Assembly (NCBI RefSeq): GCF_006345805.1
Contig: NC_042999.1
Coordinates: forward strand, 153,388,001-153,452,000
Reading direction: 5' to 3'
DNA length: 64,000 nucleotides
DNA from: Octopus sinensis
Lineage: Eukaryota
Shown: positions 52,312 to 64,000 of the stretch, in pieces
Layout of the letters: the number at the start of each line of letters is the position of its first letter
Numbering within the stretch: position 1 is the stretch's first letter
Translations under genes and position numbers: made by a program
Notes under the pieces: model-generated
The model's database searches: none
The model's input: the letters and a program-made list of their open reading frames with translations, nothing else
What the model was told of the DNA's origin: nothing

Positions 52312-53278
52312 GGCAGAGGTAAAAACAATCTTTGGGATTTTTTTTTTTTTATTTTTCTTTTACAGGAACCCACTATATCAAGTGCAGAGATTCCGAATCT
52401 GCAAAAAAATTTGCATTTCAAAATTTATCCCCCACCCCAACAAATTTCTTAAATTTTCACTTTTTAAAAGTTTTTTTTTTTGGCGAAACACAGAAAAATA
52501 CGGAGATTCAGAAGGAAAAAAAAAAATTCTGTAAAATTTCAATTTTTCAAAAAAAAAAATTAAATAAAGACCCCCTCCCCTCCGTTCTATGACAAGAAGT
52601 GAAATTTAAGTATTTTCCCAACGATTGTTTCATGATGAACATACCCAACATGTGGTCAGGGTCTTTTGGAATTAAGAGATTTTGTAAAAATTAGACTTTT
52701 TGCTCACACACATGCAACAAAATGACATTTAAAATAATTTTTTTTTGTAATTCGTATTTAGAAAGTTGATCCTCGGTTTCGCTGTTGTTTCTAGCTTGTC
52801 AGATTTCCGGTTGGGGAGGATTTAAATTTTGAAAATTTTTCTTTGGTAATTCATATTAAAATTTTGAAAACATGTTTCTAGCATGTCAGGTTTTCTGCTT
52901 AGATACTTTTTGCGTCTGCTATTTTATAATTCAATGCATGTGTGAAACATTAGTAGAGAAAACACTTTAATTTCACTTCTTGGCAGAGGGTAGGGTGTGG
53001 GTTCATCTACTTTTTTTTTTTTTTGAAAAACTGAATTTTACAAAATTTTTATTTTCCAAAATCATAATCTCCGTATTTTTCTGTGTATTTTGCCAGAAAA
53101 ATTTTTTTAAAGTGAAAATTTAAGAAACTTGGGTGGTGGTGTATGGAATTAATATTTTAAAATGTAGATTTTTTTCAGATTCGGAATCTCTGCATTTGAC
53201 ATAGTGGGGTTCCTGTAGAAAAGGAAAAAAAAAAAAAATTTCCCAAGGGGGGTGCGGTACATTGCTGTTACCTCCACC
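52312..53278. mobile_element. Foldback DNA element with ~300-bp TIRs inserted into a family A SINE (about 52200-53572, minus)
   Basis: Ends GGCAGAGGTAA / TTACCTCCACC; long inverted blocks (e.g. GCAGAGATTCCGAATCTG / CAGATTCGGAATCTCTGC); 8-bp TSD CTTATTCT/CTCATTCT; the SINE resumes precisely after it. Confidence 0.85.
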
Positions 53279-53367
53279 CTCATTCTATTGGTCCCTTTTG
53301 CTGAACCGCTAAGTGACAGGGACATAAACACACTAACATCAGTTGTCAAGTGAAAGTTGGGGGACAA

Positions 53368-53409
<42 letters not shown>

Positions 53410-53580
53410 GATAGGCTTCTTTCAGTTTCCGTCTACCGAATCCACTCACAAGGCTTTAGTCAGCCCGAGGCTATAGTAGAAGACACCTGTCCAAGGTGCC
53501 ACGCAGTGGGACTGAACCCAGAACCATGTGGTTGGGAAGCAAGCTTCTTACCACACTGCCACTCCTGCACCTATGTATGT

Positions 53581-53635
<55 letters not shown>

Positions 53636-54984
53636 ACCAAAAGATTATCTATCTAAAAAGCAAAGTAAAGTAAGAATAAAAATTTTTTTTCAAAAAAAAT
53701 TATTTGTGTGGGAATAAATGTTATTTTTACATAATAGTGGTTGTGGTGGTGCAAAGTTTGCAGCCCACCCTGATGAGAAGAAGAGAGCCATATTCAGGTG
53801 TGAGAAGTGTTCCCAATTTGTGGTAACCACACCCAAGTTAAGGTTTTATAAGTGCATACATTTATGGCAATTATATGCTCACACCCACATGTGTGGGAAT
53901 ATATATGTGCATATATGTATGTATACATACATGTTTGCATATACATATAATGCATATAAATAAGATACATACATACATATATATATATTTCTGTGTAAGT
54001 TTAGATGAGTATATTATCCAGGTGGATACTGTAGTAGCTCTCAGTTATGTTCCAGGTTATGGCTAACTACATTGTTTAATTGACTAGTAAAATAAAAGGA
54101 AACAAATTCTGAGGAGGTACCAGTCTCCATATTTTCTATCATAATAATTATTGCATACATACATATATCATCATCGTTGTTTAACGTCCACTTTCCATGC
54201 TGGCATGGGTCTTTTATTTGCTTCAGTCATTGGAGTGCAGTCATGTTGGAGTACCACACTGAAGGCATTGGTAAAAAAAAATTGACCCGAGACCTTATTT
54301 TTAAAAAATTCTATTGGTCACTTTTGCCAAACCACCAAGTCGTTTTAATGTGTATTTTTTAATGTATATTACTTAATATAGAAATTTTTTAGTAAAATGT
54401 TAATAATAATATATCTAAATTTATATATCTTTCAGTATTAATTGAATTACTTTATGGTGGTTCTATCTCTTAATTATATATATATATATATAAATGGCGG
54501 TGCCCCAGCATGGCCACAGCTCATAAGCTGAAACTAGAATCAATCAATCATATATGTGTGTGTGTGTGTGTGTTCGCCTGCATAGCTCGGTAGAGCATCA
54601 GACTTTTATGATATATATAATTTTATACAAGGCAAACAAGTGTAATGGAAATTTTGCTACACAAATATTGAAAGCTTGCCAAAAGCCATATCATTTAACA
54701 GAATATTTGTTTGTCGGTTTGAATTATCTCAAGTATTTGGACACAAGCACAATACCTAATACACACATTTTATAAATATATGAGTTTATGTTTTGTAAAT
54801 ACACACACATTCTAATATATGTTAATATTTATTATATAAAAACAAAATAAATTCCAATTCCTCATCTAGATATGCAGTATATATGTGTATATATGGGCAA
54901 CACACATAAATATGTTCACATAACTACATGAATGTATATATCTGTGCATGTGTATTGTACATATATTTATATATGTATGTATAT

Positions 54985-55032
<48 letters not shown>

Positions 55033-55064
55033 CATTTGTGTATGTATATATTATACACAAATAT

Positions 55065-55107
<43 letters not shown>

Positions 55108-55263
55108 ATGAATTATATTTAAGTTGTACTATCATAGACTTGACTGTAAGTGGGGCTTGACATAGATAAAGTTAAAATTATTAAGGGAAAAATTTTGTTC
55201 CACAATTCAACACTAAATTAAGTGTGCAAGTATGTGTGTGCATGCATATACATACATATATAT

Positions 55264-55299
<36 letters not shown>

Positions 55300-55910
55300 G
55301 GTAGGGGTGATTCAAAAACAATGTAGAATATTTAGTATCACAACTATATTAGTAACAAACTCTAAAAAGAATTTAGAATTAAACCTATTTGATTTTTAAA
55401 TGAAATAATGTAAAATATTCTTCCTATTAAATATACAAACATTTTTTTTTTTTGTACTACTGGCTCTCAACATTTTTACCTGAAGGTGGAGCCGGCCCCA
55501 CCAGCAATCAAATAAATACTTTGGAAAATAACATATACCTTAACAACATGCAAAGAAAGATCGTGAATTTGAAGGTCATATTTGGCCCAGCACATCCCTC
55601 CACCACCCCCTCTCTTCAGGTGACCCAGTTAATTTAAATAGGATTCGTTTATTTATTTATTTGTTTTTACCTGGAATACCTGTAAAATGTGTCACAAAGA
55701 CAGAAACGACACTGCTGGTCATTTAATAGGTAGACCTGCAAGGTAGATAGGTAGGTGCAGTAGATGAATTACATGGAGAGTTATATATGTATGTGCATGT
55801 ATATACAAGTACGCACATGCACATATATAAGTATATATACATATATGCACAATACATACAAGTATGCAAATATGTAATAAATATTACATATGTATTTATG
55901 CATATATACA

Positions 55911-55942
<32 letters not shown>

Positions 55943-56579
55943 CTTAATCATATCAAAGGGAATTTTTGTGGTTATAGAACCTAGCTGTTCTTTCTAGCAT
56001 GTTGAATCCCACAAGTGGATTCCTTATGTGTTTAAACGTACACTGTATGTTATGACTATATATATATATATACACACACATATATATATATATATACACA
56101 TATATATGTATCTGATGATGACGATATATGTGTGTATATATATACATATATATATATATATCTCATATATACATATATATATATGTGTGTGTGTGTGTTT
56201 GTTTATTTTTATGTTCAGTTATAATAAAAACAATACAACATTCATCTGATGGGTTTCTCTATACTTTTGTAGAGAACAAATTCATTATTCCTTAACAAGA
56301 ATAGTTAAGGAATTGAGAGTGACTTTGAAGCTTCGGCCAGCTAAGCCACAATCAGAGGTGCGTATGCCAGAATGTCTATCCACTCACACACAAATATTTA
56401 CACTAATGAACCATTTTCTCCTGACTGTATGTTACACAAGATTGTTTAAATACCGCCAGCTGCTCATCGACCTCAGAAGTGAACTGCTCTCAGCTATTGG
56501 TATAGGATTGTACTTTTGTCTTTCACTGTATTACACACCAACAATGAATTATAGGAACAGCAACACTTGTTAGTTAGCT

Positions 56580-57060
56580 AGACAGACATAGATAGGTGGC
56601 TAAATAGATAGATAGACATAGATAGGTGGCTAAATAGATAGATAGACATAGATAGGTGGCTAAATAGATAGATAGACACAGATAGGTGGCTAAATAGATA
56701 GACACAGATAGGTGGCTAAATAGATAGACACAGATAGGTGGCTAAATAGATAGATAGACACAGATAGGTGACTAAACAGATAGACACATAGATGGCTAAA
56801 TAGACAATGATAAACACATAGCAGGCTAAATAGGTAGATAGACAGCTAAGTAGATAGACAGCTAAGTAGATAGACAGCTAAGTAGATAGACAGCTAAGTA
56901 GATAGACAGCTAAGTAGATAGACAGCTAAGTAGATAGACAGCTAAGTAGATAGACAGCTAAGTAGATAGACAGCTGAGTAGATAGACAGCTGAGTAGATA
57001 GACAGCTGAATAGATAGACAGCTAAGTAGATAGACAGCTAAGTAGATAAACAGCTAGGTA
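56580..57060. repeat. Compound (GATA)n-derived minisatellite: about 7 x 26-30 bp then about 14 x 16 bp
   Basis: GACA(T/C)AGATAGGTGGCTAAATAGATA(GATA) units followed by GACAGCTAAGTAGATA units. Confidence 0.9.
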
Positions 57061-58068
57061 GACACATAAATAGATGGCTAAGTAGATAGACAGATACACA
57101 GACAGATGGCTAAGGAGATAGACACAGATAGATGGCCAAGTTGATAGATACACACACTGATATATAGCTAAGTAAATAGATACTGAGAGAAATGGCTAAA
57201 TAGACAGATAGATGAATAAAGCTAGCTAGCGAGCTAGACAGATAGATATACAGATAGACTACTAAAGCAACTAAACGTGGTTTAACTACTTTAAACTTTT
57301 TTTTTTTAATAGTTTCCACATCGTAAACTGATAATAACAACATAGATAACAATAAGCCTACATGGCTTTTTCTAAATACAAAAGGGACTTGCAGCTATCA
57401 CAGATACAACTACAGCTATCATTATTCCTACTATGTAGCAACGATCTTTGTGTGTGTCAGCCGATGTATTTGACACAGTTCCTGTAGTTCATTTAAGTTA
57501 ACTATTATAGTAACCACTGTTAGAAGTCTATAAACAAGCATTACGATTATTTACTTCTGTTGTGTCTGGGGGTTAATATTATTAACTTGTAGGGTTTTTA
57601 AATCGCAAGCAAACCAAAAAAAAAAACCAGCCATTACCCAAGACAATCAGAAGTAGGAGGGAAATACAATTTCTTGTGACTAGGCAGGTATAAGGTCAGG
57701 TTTATGTGCGTGTGCGTGTGTGTGTGAATGGGGCAATAACAATAAGTGTAAGGGGTCTTTTAATAAACAAAATGAATGGAACGGAAAAAACTTGAAGTGA
57801 AAATAAACCAGACCGTGTTTTAAAAAAAAAAACGGTCAAATACCGAATAACCTCGAGTTATAGAATATCATTTCGGCCAGATGTACAATAAAGCGCCGGC
57901 TTAGGACCGCATACCCGCTTCTTATTCCAATACGTTCACCAAAAAAGATGAGTAGGATTCCAGAGAATGGATCTTGTGAGGGTTTTCGCAAGCGTATAAG
58001 ATGGATTCAACCATTGTTTAAAAAAATAGGTTGGTGATTGGGAAGTGAAATTTTAATTATTTCACTAG

Positions 58069-58647
58069 TCACCTCTTCTTTTTAATTTGTTTGTTCATTT
58101 TTTTCTTTTTTTCTATCATTTCAAACATAACATCCATTGCTTCGACAAGTCCCTCGCCGGTCACAGCACACGCTGGCTGAACGTGCCATAGTAAACCCGG
58201 GGAAGCTTCGTTTAAGGTTAAAAATTTCTCTATCTCTTCCGGACTCATCGACGCCGGCAAGTCCTGTTTGTTAGCTATAATCAACACGGGTAGACTGTGG
58301 CCTTCCAGGCTACGTAGTAGCCGTAGTAACTCTACCCGGGCCTCTTCTAGTTTTTCTCGGTTTACGCTGTCCACAACGAACACAATACCGTCAGCAGAAC
58401 GGGTGTAAGATTTCCATAAGGGTCGGGTTTTGTCCCGACCTCCCACATCCCAGATGCAGAAAGTAGCACCCTTTGCTTTACCAGTTTTAACACGAATCTT
58501 TTCGTAATTAAACCCTATTGTTGGTACGGGGTTCGTGTACTGGTCAAACTTAAGCCGATACAAGACAGTAGTCTTGCCTGCAGAGTCTAATCCCAACATA
58601 GCAAGTTGAACAGAGGGACCATCAAGAAGCGATATATGTCCCCCCAT
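58069..58647 (-). CDS. ARL4: ADP-ribosylation factor-like 4 (ARL4A/C-like) small GTPase, single coding exon, 192 aa
   Basis: ATG at 58647 gives MG (myristoylation) N-terminus; GLDSAGKTT P-loop, PTIGFN switch I, WDVGG, RPLWKSYTR, ANKQD, PACA and a basic C-terminal tail (KKKKMNKQIKKKR), all typical of ARL4; uninterrupted CDS as in vertebrate ARL4 genes. The ORF-track start at 58713 is a non-ATG codon. Confidence 0.93.
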   Translation of the reverse strand: MGGHISLLDGPSVQLAMLGLDSAGKTTVLYRLKFDQYTNPVPTIGFNYEKIRVKTGKAKGATFCIWDVGGRDKTRPLWKSYTRSADGIVFVVDSVNREKLEEARVELLRLLRSLEGHSLPVLIIANKQDLPASMSPEEIEKFLTLNEASPGLLWHVQPACAVTGEGLVEAMDVMFEMIEKKKKMNKQIKKKR

Positions 58648-58797
58648 AATTATTTGGTTAGTATTAATAATATAAATAAATGGTTTTGATTTGGTTTTTA
58701 CCCTGTTTAACAAAACAAAAAACTGTTTCCACGAAGTTTCTTTTCTTTAATACTGCTGGGCTGTCTGTTGGTTGCTGATATTTTTGGTTAATATTTC

Positions 58798-58815
58798 CTG
58801 AGGTAGAGAAAAATC
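58798..58815 (-). promoter_or_regulatory. Probable splice acceptor of the ARL4 coding exon (5' UTR intron)
   Basis: Minus strand reads TTTTTCTCTACCTCAG|GAAAT, 150 nt upstream of the ATG. A possible upstream donor CAG|GTGCGA lies at about 61431. Confidence 0.5.
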
Positions 58816-61639
58816 ACAGCAATATCGATAAAATTTTCCAATAATAGAAATACGAAACCAATTCTTAATTTCAAACGCGAACCAGTTTTTAACCTTCTTG
58901 AGTAAGATTTTTTTTTATCAAATCCAAAACGAATAAAATGAAATTTAAATAATTATTCCAGTGAACATTATAATTCTTCCTTTTCTTGGTGTGTTTGGGT
59001 TGTTTAATACACTGTTTTTTTTTTCCAGGCCGTTTTAAATTAAATTAATTCTTTAAATATTTCAGACAGAACCCGAGATAATTTCTATAATTTTTTAAAA
59101 GCCTTATTTAATCCGATAGTTAATAGCAGCAGTTATTGTTGTTTCCTGAAACACTGCAATCAACTCAGTTGTTGTTTTTCCCTTTTAATTAATTAATTAA
59201 TTGACTTGGCCGATACCGGCAACTGGCAATATTTCAATTTCGATAATTAATAATTCTTTTAGATTTTCTTTGGGTCAATTTGAATAAAAACATATTTTTG
59301 TAATCGCTCCAAACCTGTAAACGTGTTTGCAGTATTTTAATATTTAAAGCATCATTCAGAAACTAAATACAATTGAATTGCTTTATAAAAGGAATATTTT
59401 CGAGAAGCTTTCTTTTTGTATTCCTTCCAATCAGAAAAACCACTCGACTTAGCATATTCTCCAGGTTTAATTACAAGTAATCTTCTGGAACATCTTGCCA
59501 TCTCAGGATTGGTAAGAAGATCCAAGGAAAAGTCAGGTAGAAGCGAGGAAGACTGTGAGGTATCACTCGGTGAAAGAAAGAAAAGGTCTCTGGATTCTAG
59601 AAATTCTATCTTTTTAGAATAAAGTCAATTATTTCGGAGGAATTCTCAGTCTATCTTAGAGTTATATAAAATGTAGCGCCGCAATGTAGCGACATCCGAG
59701 TCTGGGATTAATAGTAATATATGCAGATATCCCAATGTAAGTTCAACTGCTAAGATTAGGTAATCCGAATTATTCTTCTATTATTTTTTCTTCCATTCCA
59801 AAAGCTAGGTTTTTCTTGAAAAAACGTTTTCTGATTCTAAGGAAGAGCAGTTTTAAAAACGACTAGGAACAAATTTTTCTTCTGGAAGTCATCGGAAGAT
59901 ATAATTTAGGTTTCCTTTTTTCTAAAATATTGAATAAACATTCCAGTCGCTGTTGATTTACTTTCAAATTTGTCATAAATATTCATTGCGAAGACTTTAA
60001 AGAGAATACTGCTGGTGTAAATCTGCCAAGGCAACCGAACGTGTTGTGTGAGTAGCAGAGTCTGGGGCAGAGTTTAATAGAAGGTAACGTTATAAAAGGT
60101 TGATTCATTTAGGGGTTTTCCCCCCATATCCAGTTGATCAATAAAAGGGTAAACGGTGTCTGTCGAAGAACAGTAGAAATAGTAAGGGTAACAATAGTAA
60201 AATTAATCCAGGAATTTGATAAAAAAAGAAAGTGGAAGGCGACCACCGTATCTTACTATTCATAGATTTGTTGCTACACAAACCACTTTGGTTTTTAGGA
60301 ATCGGAAAATAATTTCACTGAATGTTTTTTGATTGCTTTTTTTTATAGTTTTTATTCCTCACACTTATGATATTTCCTCGTTATTCTTTCTAGCAAATTA
60401 TAAATCCATGGTTATTCGTTTTCGTTTTTTCATTTTATATATCTTTAAATAATATATTCCAGTCTCAACGATTGCTTGAGTTGGTGACAGTTATACAACA
60501 TGGAGACACACACACATGGCTTGTTGAATGGTCGGCTAAACAATTTTCTCCTGCAGGACAGAGAAAGAGTAAATATATGTACATATATATATATTAAGTA
60601 TAACAGAGAATTTTTTACCTCATCACCCACCGCTCTCATGTACTCCTTACAAACACCAGTTTACTCATTCCATACACTTCACTTGTATGTTTCCTGTCTT
60701 AACAGTAGTCAATCCACATAAGATCTCCGGATCCCATTCCGCTCTAATCTCACCACAAAATGTAAATGATTAACCCAACACCAAAAAGAAAGCTTCGGTT
60801 ATAATTTCTGAAACATAATTTCTTCGAAACGGTCTCATTCAGCTGTGTAAACCACACCGATTATATACAAAAACATTCACACACACACATATTTGTGAAG
60901 GCGCATATATACACATATATTTATATATATGTATATATAAATGCATACACACACACAGACACAAGCTTTTCCAATGAAGCAGTCCACGTCTTTCTTAAAA
61001 TATGAGTAATCAGATTTGCAGGCTTATCTTTTAGATTTTTGTCCGTTTGTTATGTTAAATCCATCTGTTGACAGGGTTTTTTTCAATGTTGTAACGAATA
61101 ATAATAATAACAATAATAATAACAATAATAATTAATTCTTTCATTAGCCAGAAGGGCTTACATAAAAAAAAAAAAACAGCATGAAATAATAATAATAATA
61201 ATAATAACTATACCAGGTGCATAATTAATCCAATAATTCAGTTGCATTTCTTAAATCAATTAAAAGAACAACAACAATAAAATCAGAGCTAAAAAAGAAG
61301 GAATAAAGAAAAAAAAAAAAAGCCGAAAACCAACCTAGTTGTAATCCGTAGAAAGCCTGAACAGGGCTTTTTTTTTTTTTAAGTTGCCGTAGTAGTAGTA
61401 ATAGTAGAAGTAGTCCGAGCCATTCTCGCACCTGTTCGAGCGCTTGTGCGTTCGTTAAGGCCAACAGTGACGACAGCACTACTGCTGCTGCTACTACTAA
61501 TACTACTACTGTTGTTGTTGAAGTTGTTGCTCTCCTACAACTGTGTGACATATAACGCACTAATCAAGGGCTTTATTATTTATTTATTTATTTTGTTTTT
61601 GTTGTTGTTATTTTTTTTTTTACAGTGATGGAGGGGCGG

Positions 61640-61860
61640 GTTTGGAGAGAGAGAAGAGAGAAAGATACAGAGAGAGAGGCAGAGGGGGGGAGGGCTTGTG
61701 TCGAATCGCTGCTGCTGCTGCTGTTGCTGTTGATACTACCCGTCACTGTGGTTACGACGACGACGAATGGCTAACAACTGTCGCAGATGTCGGCGGCGCC
61801 GTGGTCGCCGCCGCCGCCGCCGCCGTCGTCGTCGTCGTTGATAAGCGATCTCAGTGAAGC
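61640..61860 (-). promoter_or_regulatory. CpG/GCC-rich island, candidate ARL4 promoter or first-exon region
   Basis: Dense CpG and (GCC)n/(GTC)n runs in an otherwise AT-rich region, about 3 kb upstream of the ARL4 ATG; role inferred from position. Confidence 0.4.
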
Positions 61861-62213
61861 ACTAAGCACTGTTCACTTCCTCCTGCTCCTCCTACCTTCT
61901 CTATGGCTTTTCTTATCAGAAGAGGGAGAGAGGGGGAGAAGTGGAAAACGGGAAGGAGGAGGAGAGGAGTTGAATATAATGTGACTTCCTCTGCTTAATA
62001 TTAATTACCGTTCTCCCACCACCTCTTCAAGCTAGGCCGTTGTTATGTCAGCCGTTGCGTATACACACGCATACATACATGCATACAACCGCACACACGC
62101 ATACATACAGACACACGCATACATATACACATGCGTACATACATCATATACACACGCATACATACATACATATACACATACAAACGCATACATATACACA
62201 TACATACGCATAC

Positions 62214-62244
<31 letters not shown>

Positions 62245-62361
62245 CATACATACACATACATACACATACACACATACACATACACACGCATCATACATCC
62301 GTACATATACACATACACACGCATACATACACATACATACACACACATACACACGTATACA

Positions 62362-62394
<33 letters not shown>

Positions 62395-62977
62395 CTTTTC
62401 TATTTTACTTGTTTCAGTTATTAAACTGTGGCCATTCTGGGGCACCACCTTCGAGAAAATTTTGTCGGATGGATTGACACCAATACCCCAGACGAATTGA
62501 CGCCAGTGCTCTATCGAGTATTTTTTTTTTTGCCGTACCGCTAAGTTATGAGGACATAAACATACAAGCACCGGTTGTCGAGCGATGGTTGTGTACCAAG
62601 GCCGGTCCAGGAATGTTTCGAAGGGAGGCCACAGGGAACACAATCTCAGGAGAAAAGGACGAAATAACATTACTTAGAAGAGCGCACTTCTTTTCTTGAG
62701 GGGCGGGTGCACTTGCCCTTCAGCCCACCACTGGGTCCGCCCTTGGGTACAAACACCGACCCAAAGATACACACACGCACACACACACGACAGGCTTCTT
62801 TTCAGTTTCCGTCAACCAAATCCACTCACAAAGCTTTGGTCGGCCTAATGCTATTGTAGAAGGCACTTACCCAGGGTGCCACGCAGTGGGACTGAACCCG
62901 GAACCATGTGGTTGGGAAGCAAACTTCTTACCACACAACCACGCCTGCGCACCCACCTCTCTCTCTCTCTCTATCTA

Positions 62978-63389
62978 TCTTTTACTCTTTTACTTGTTTC
63001 ACTCATGTGACTGTGGCCATGCTGGAGCACCGCCTTTAGTCGTGCAAATCGACCCGAAGACTTATTCTTTGTAAGCCTAGCACTTATTCTATCGGACTTT
63101 CTTGCCGAGCAGCTAAGTTATAGAGACGTAAACACACCAGCATCGGTTGTCAAGCGATGTGGGGGGGGGGGACAAACACAGACACATAAACATATACACA
63201 CACATACACACATATGTATATATACATATATACGACGGGCTTCTTTCAGTTTCCGTCTACCAAATCCACTCACAAGGCTTTGGTCGGCCCGAGGCTATAG
63301 TAGAAGACATTTGCCCAAGGTGCCACGCAGTGGGACTGAACCCGGAAACGTGTAGTTGGTAAGCAAGCTACTTACCGCACAGCCACTCA
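62978..63389 (-). mobile_element. SINE family A
   Basis: Near full-length copy; a second interrupted copy lies at 62395-62950. Confidence 0.88.
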
Positions 63390-64000
63390 TATATACATAC
63401 CTATCTATATATATATATGTAAATTAAAAGCATGTTTGATATATTTTCTCACCTCTGCCACTATTTGGTATATACAGGTGCTTACACTTATCAAGTATTC
63501 ACTCTAAATTTACAGTATATGTACATGTATATATAACTTATATGATATATACATATTTATATACATGCGTATGCGTATATGTATGTGTATGTGCATGTAT
63601 TATGGATGTGTGTGTGTGGTGTGTGTGTGCGTGTTCGTGCCTGCCTCTGTGTATGTCTGAATGCATGTGTTCAGATCTTTTAGCTACGTGACAATTGTCT
63701 TCCAAACAAGTATGCTTCAGTTAAAGTATTGTACTGGTTACTTACAAGTATATATAGCTATTGTTGTTGTTGCTATTGTTGTTATTATTGTTGTTGCTGT
63801 TGGTTAGACCTATGTCATCTTCAAGCGATAAGTACACCGATAAATCAAAGTGCTCTCTAACCGCATATCAACACACAGAGTTGGCTGCTATTTCTAGCAG
63901 GCAGACCGACCGACTACATAGAGGTTCCGTCTTGCGTGTCTGCCTCCGCTTTCATTTTCACGCTCTGCTCCCTCCGCCATGAGAGGGGACAGCAGCGTTC

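Noticed and set aside
58648-58713. 22-aa N-terminal extension of ARL4 in the ORF track
   Set aside because: Starts at a non-ATG codon and would destroy the Met-Gly myristoylation start.
62597-62745. hAT-like MITE (CAAGGCCGGTCCAG / CTGGGTCCGCCCTTG)
   Set aside because: TIRs are imperfect and no convincing 8-bp TSD; left unannotated.

Overview
Eukaryotic, AT-rich, extremely microsatellite- and SINE-dense DNA, most consistent with a coleoid cephalopod (Octopus-like) genome (an inference from repeat content, not a database match). Two real protein-coding genes, both on the minus strand: a two-exon mitochondrial ribosomal protein S34 (MRPS34; 29741-29556 joined to 27278-26952, 170 aa) and an intronless-CDS ARL4-family small GTPase (58647-58069, 192 aa) whose switch-II catalytic Gln is replaced by Arg. 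Nearly all other ORFs in the track are microsatellite or SINE artefacts. The rest is a mosaic of tRNA-derived SINE families (several with clear TSDs), LINE remnants (R4/Dong, RTE, CR1-like), two decayed mariner transposases, MITEs (piggyBac-, pogo-, mariner-like and long-TIR foldback elements), a Helitron, a Helentron-type element and minisatellites. Most notable: a minimal type I hammerhead ribozyme with an intact core at 15240-15312 (-) and a CCGANGA-variant hammerhead pair at 30324/30792; a 65-bp near-perfect hairpin downstream of MRPS34; an apparent GGTA target preference of one SINE family; an orphan NRF1/YY1/ETS promoter-like cluster at 37.8 kb; and CpG-decay domains suggesting hidden methylated transcription units.
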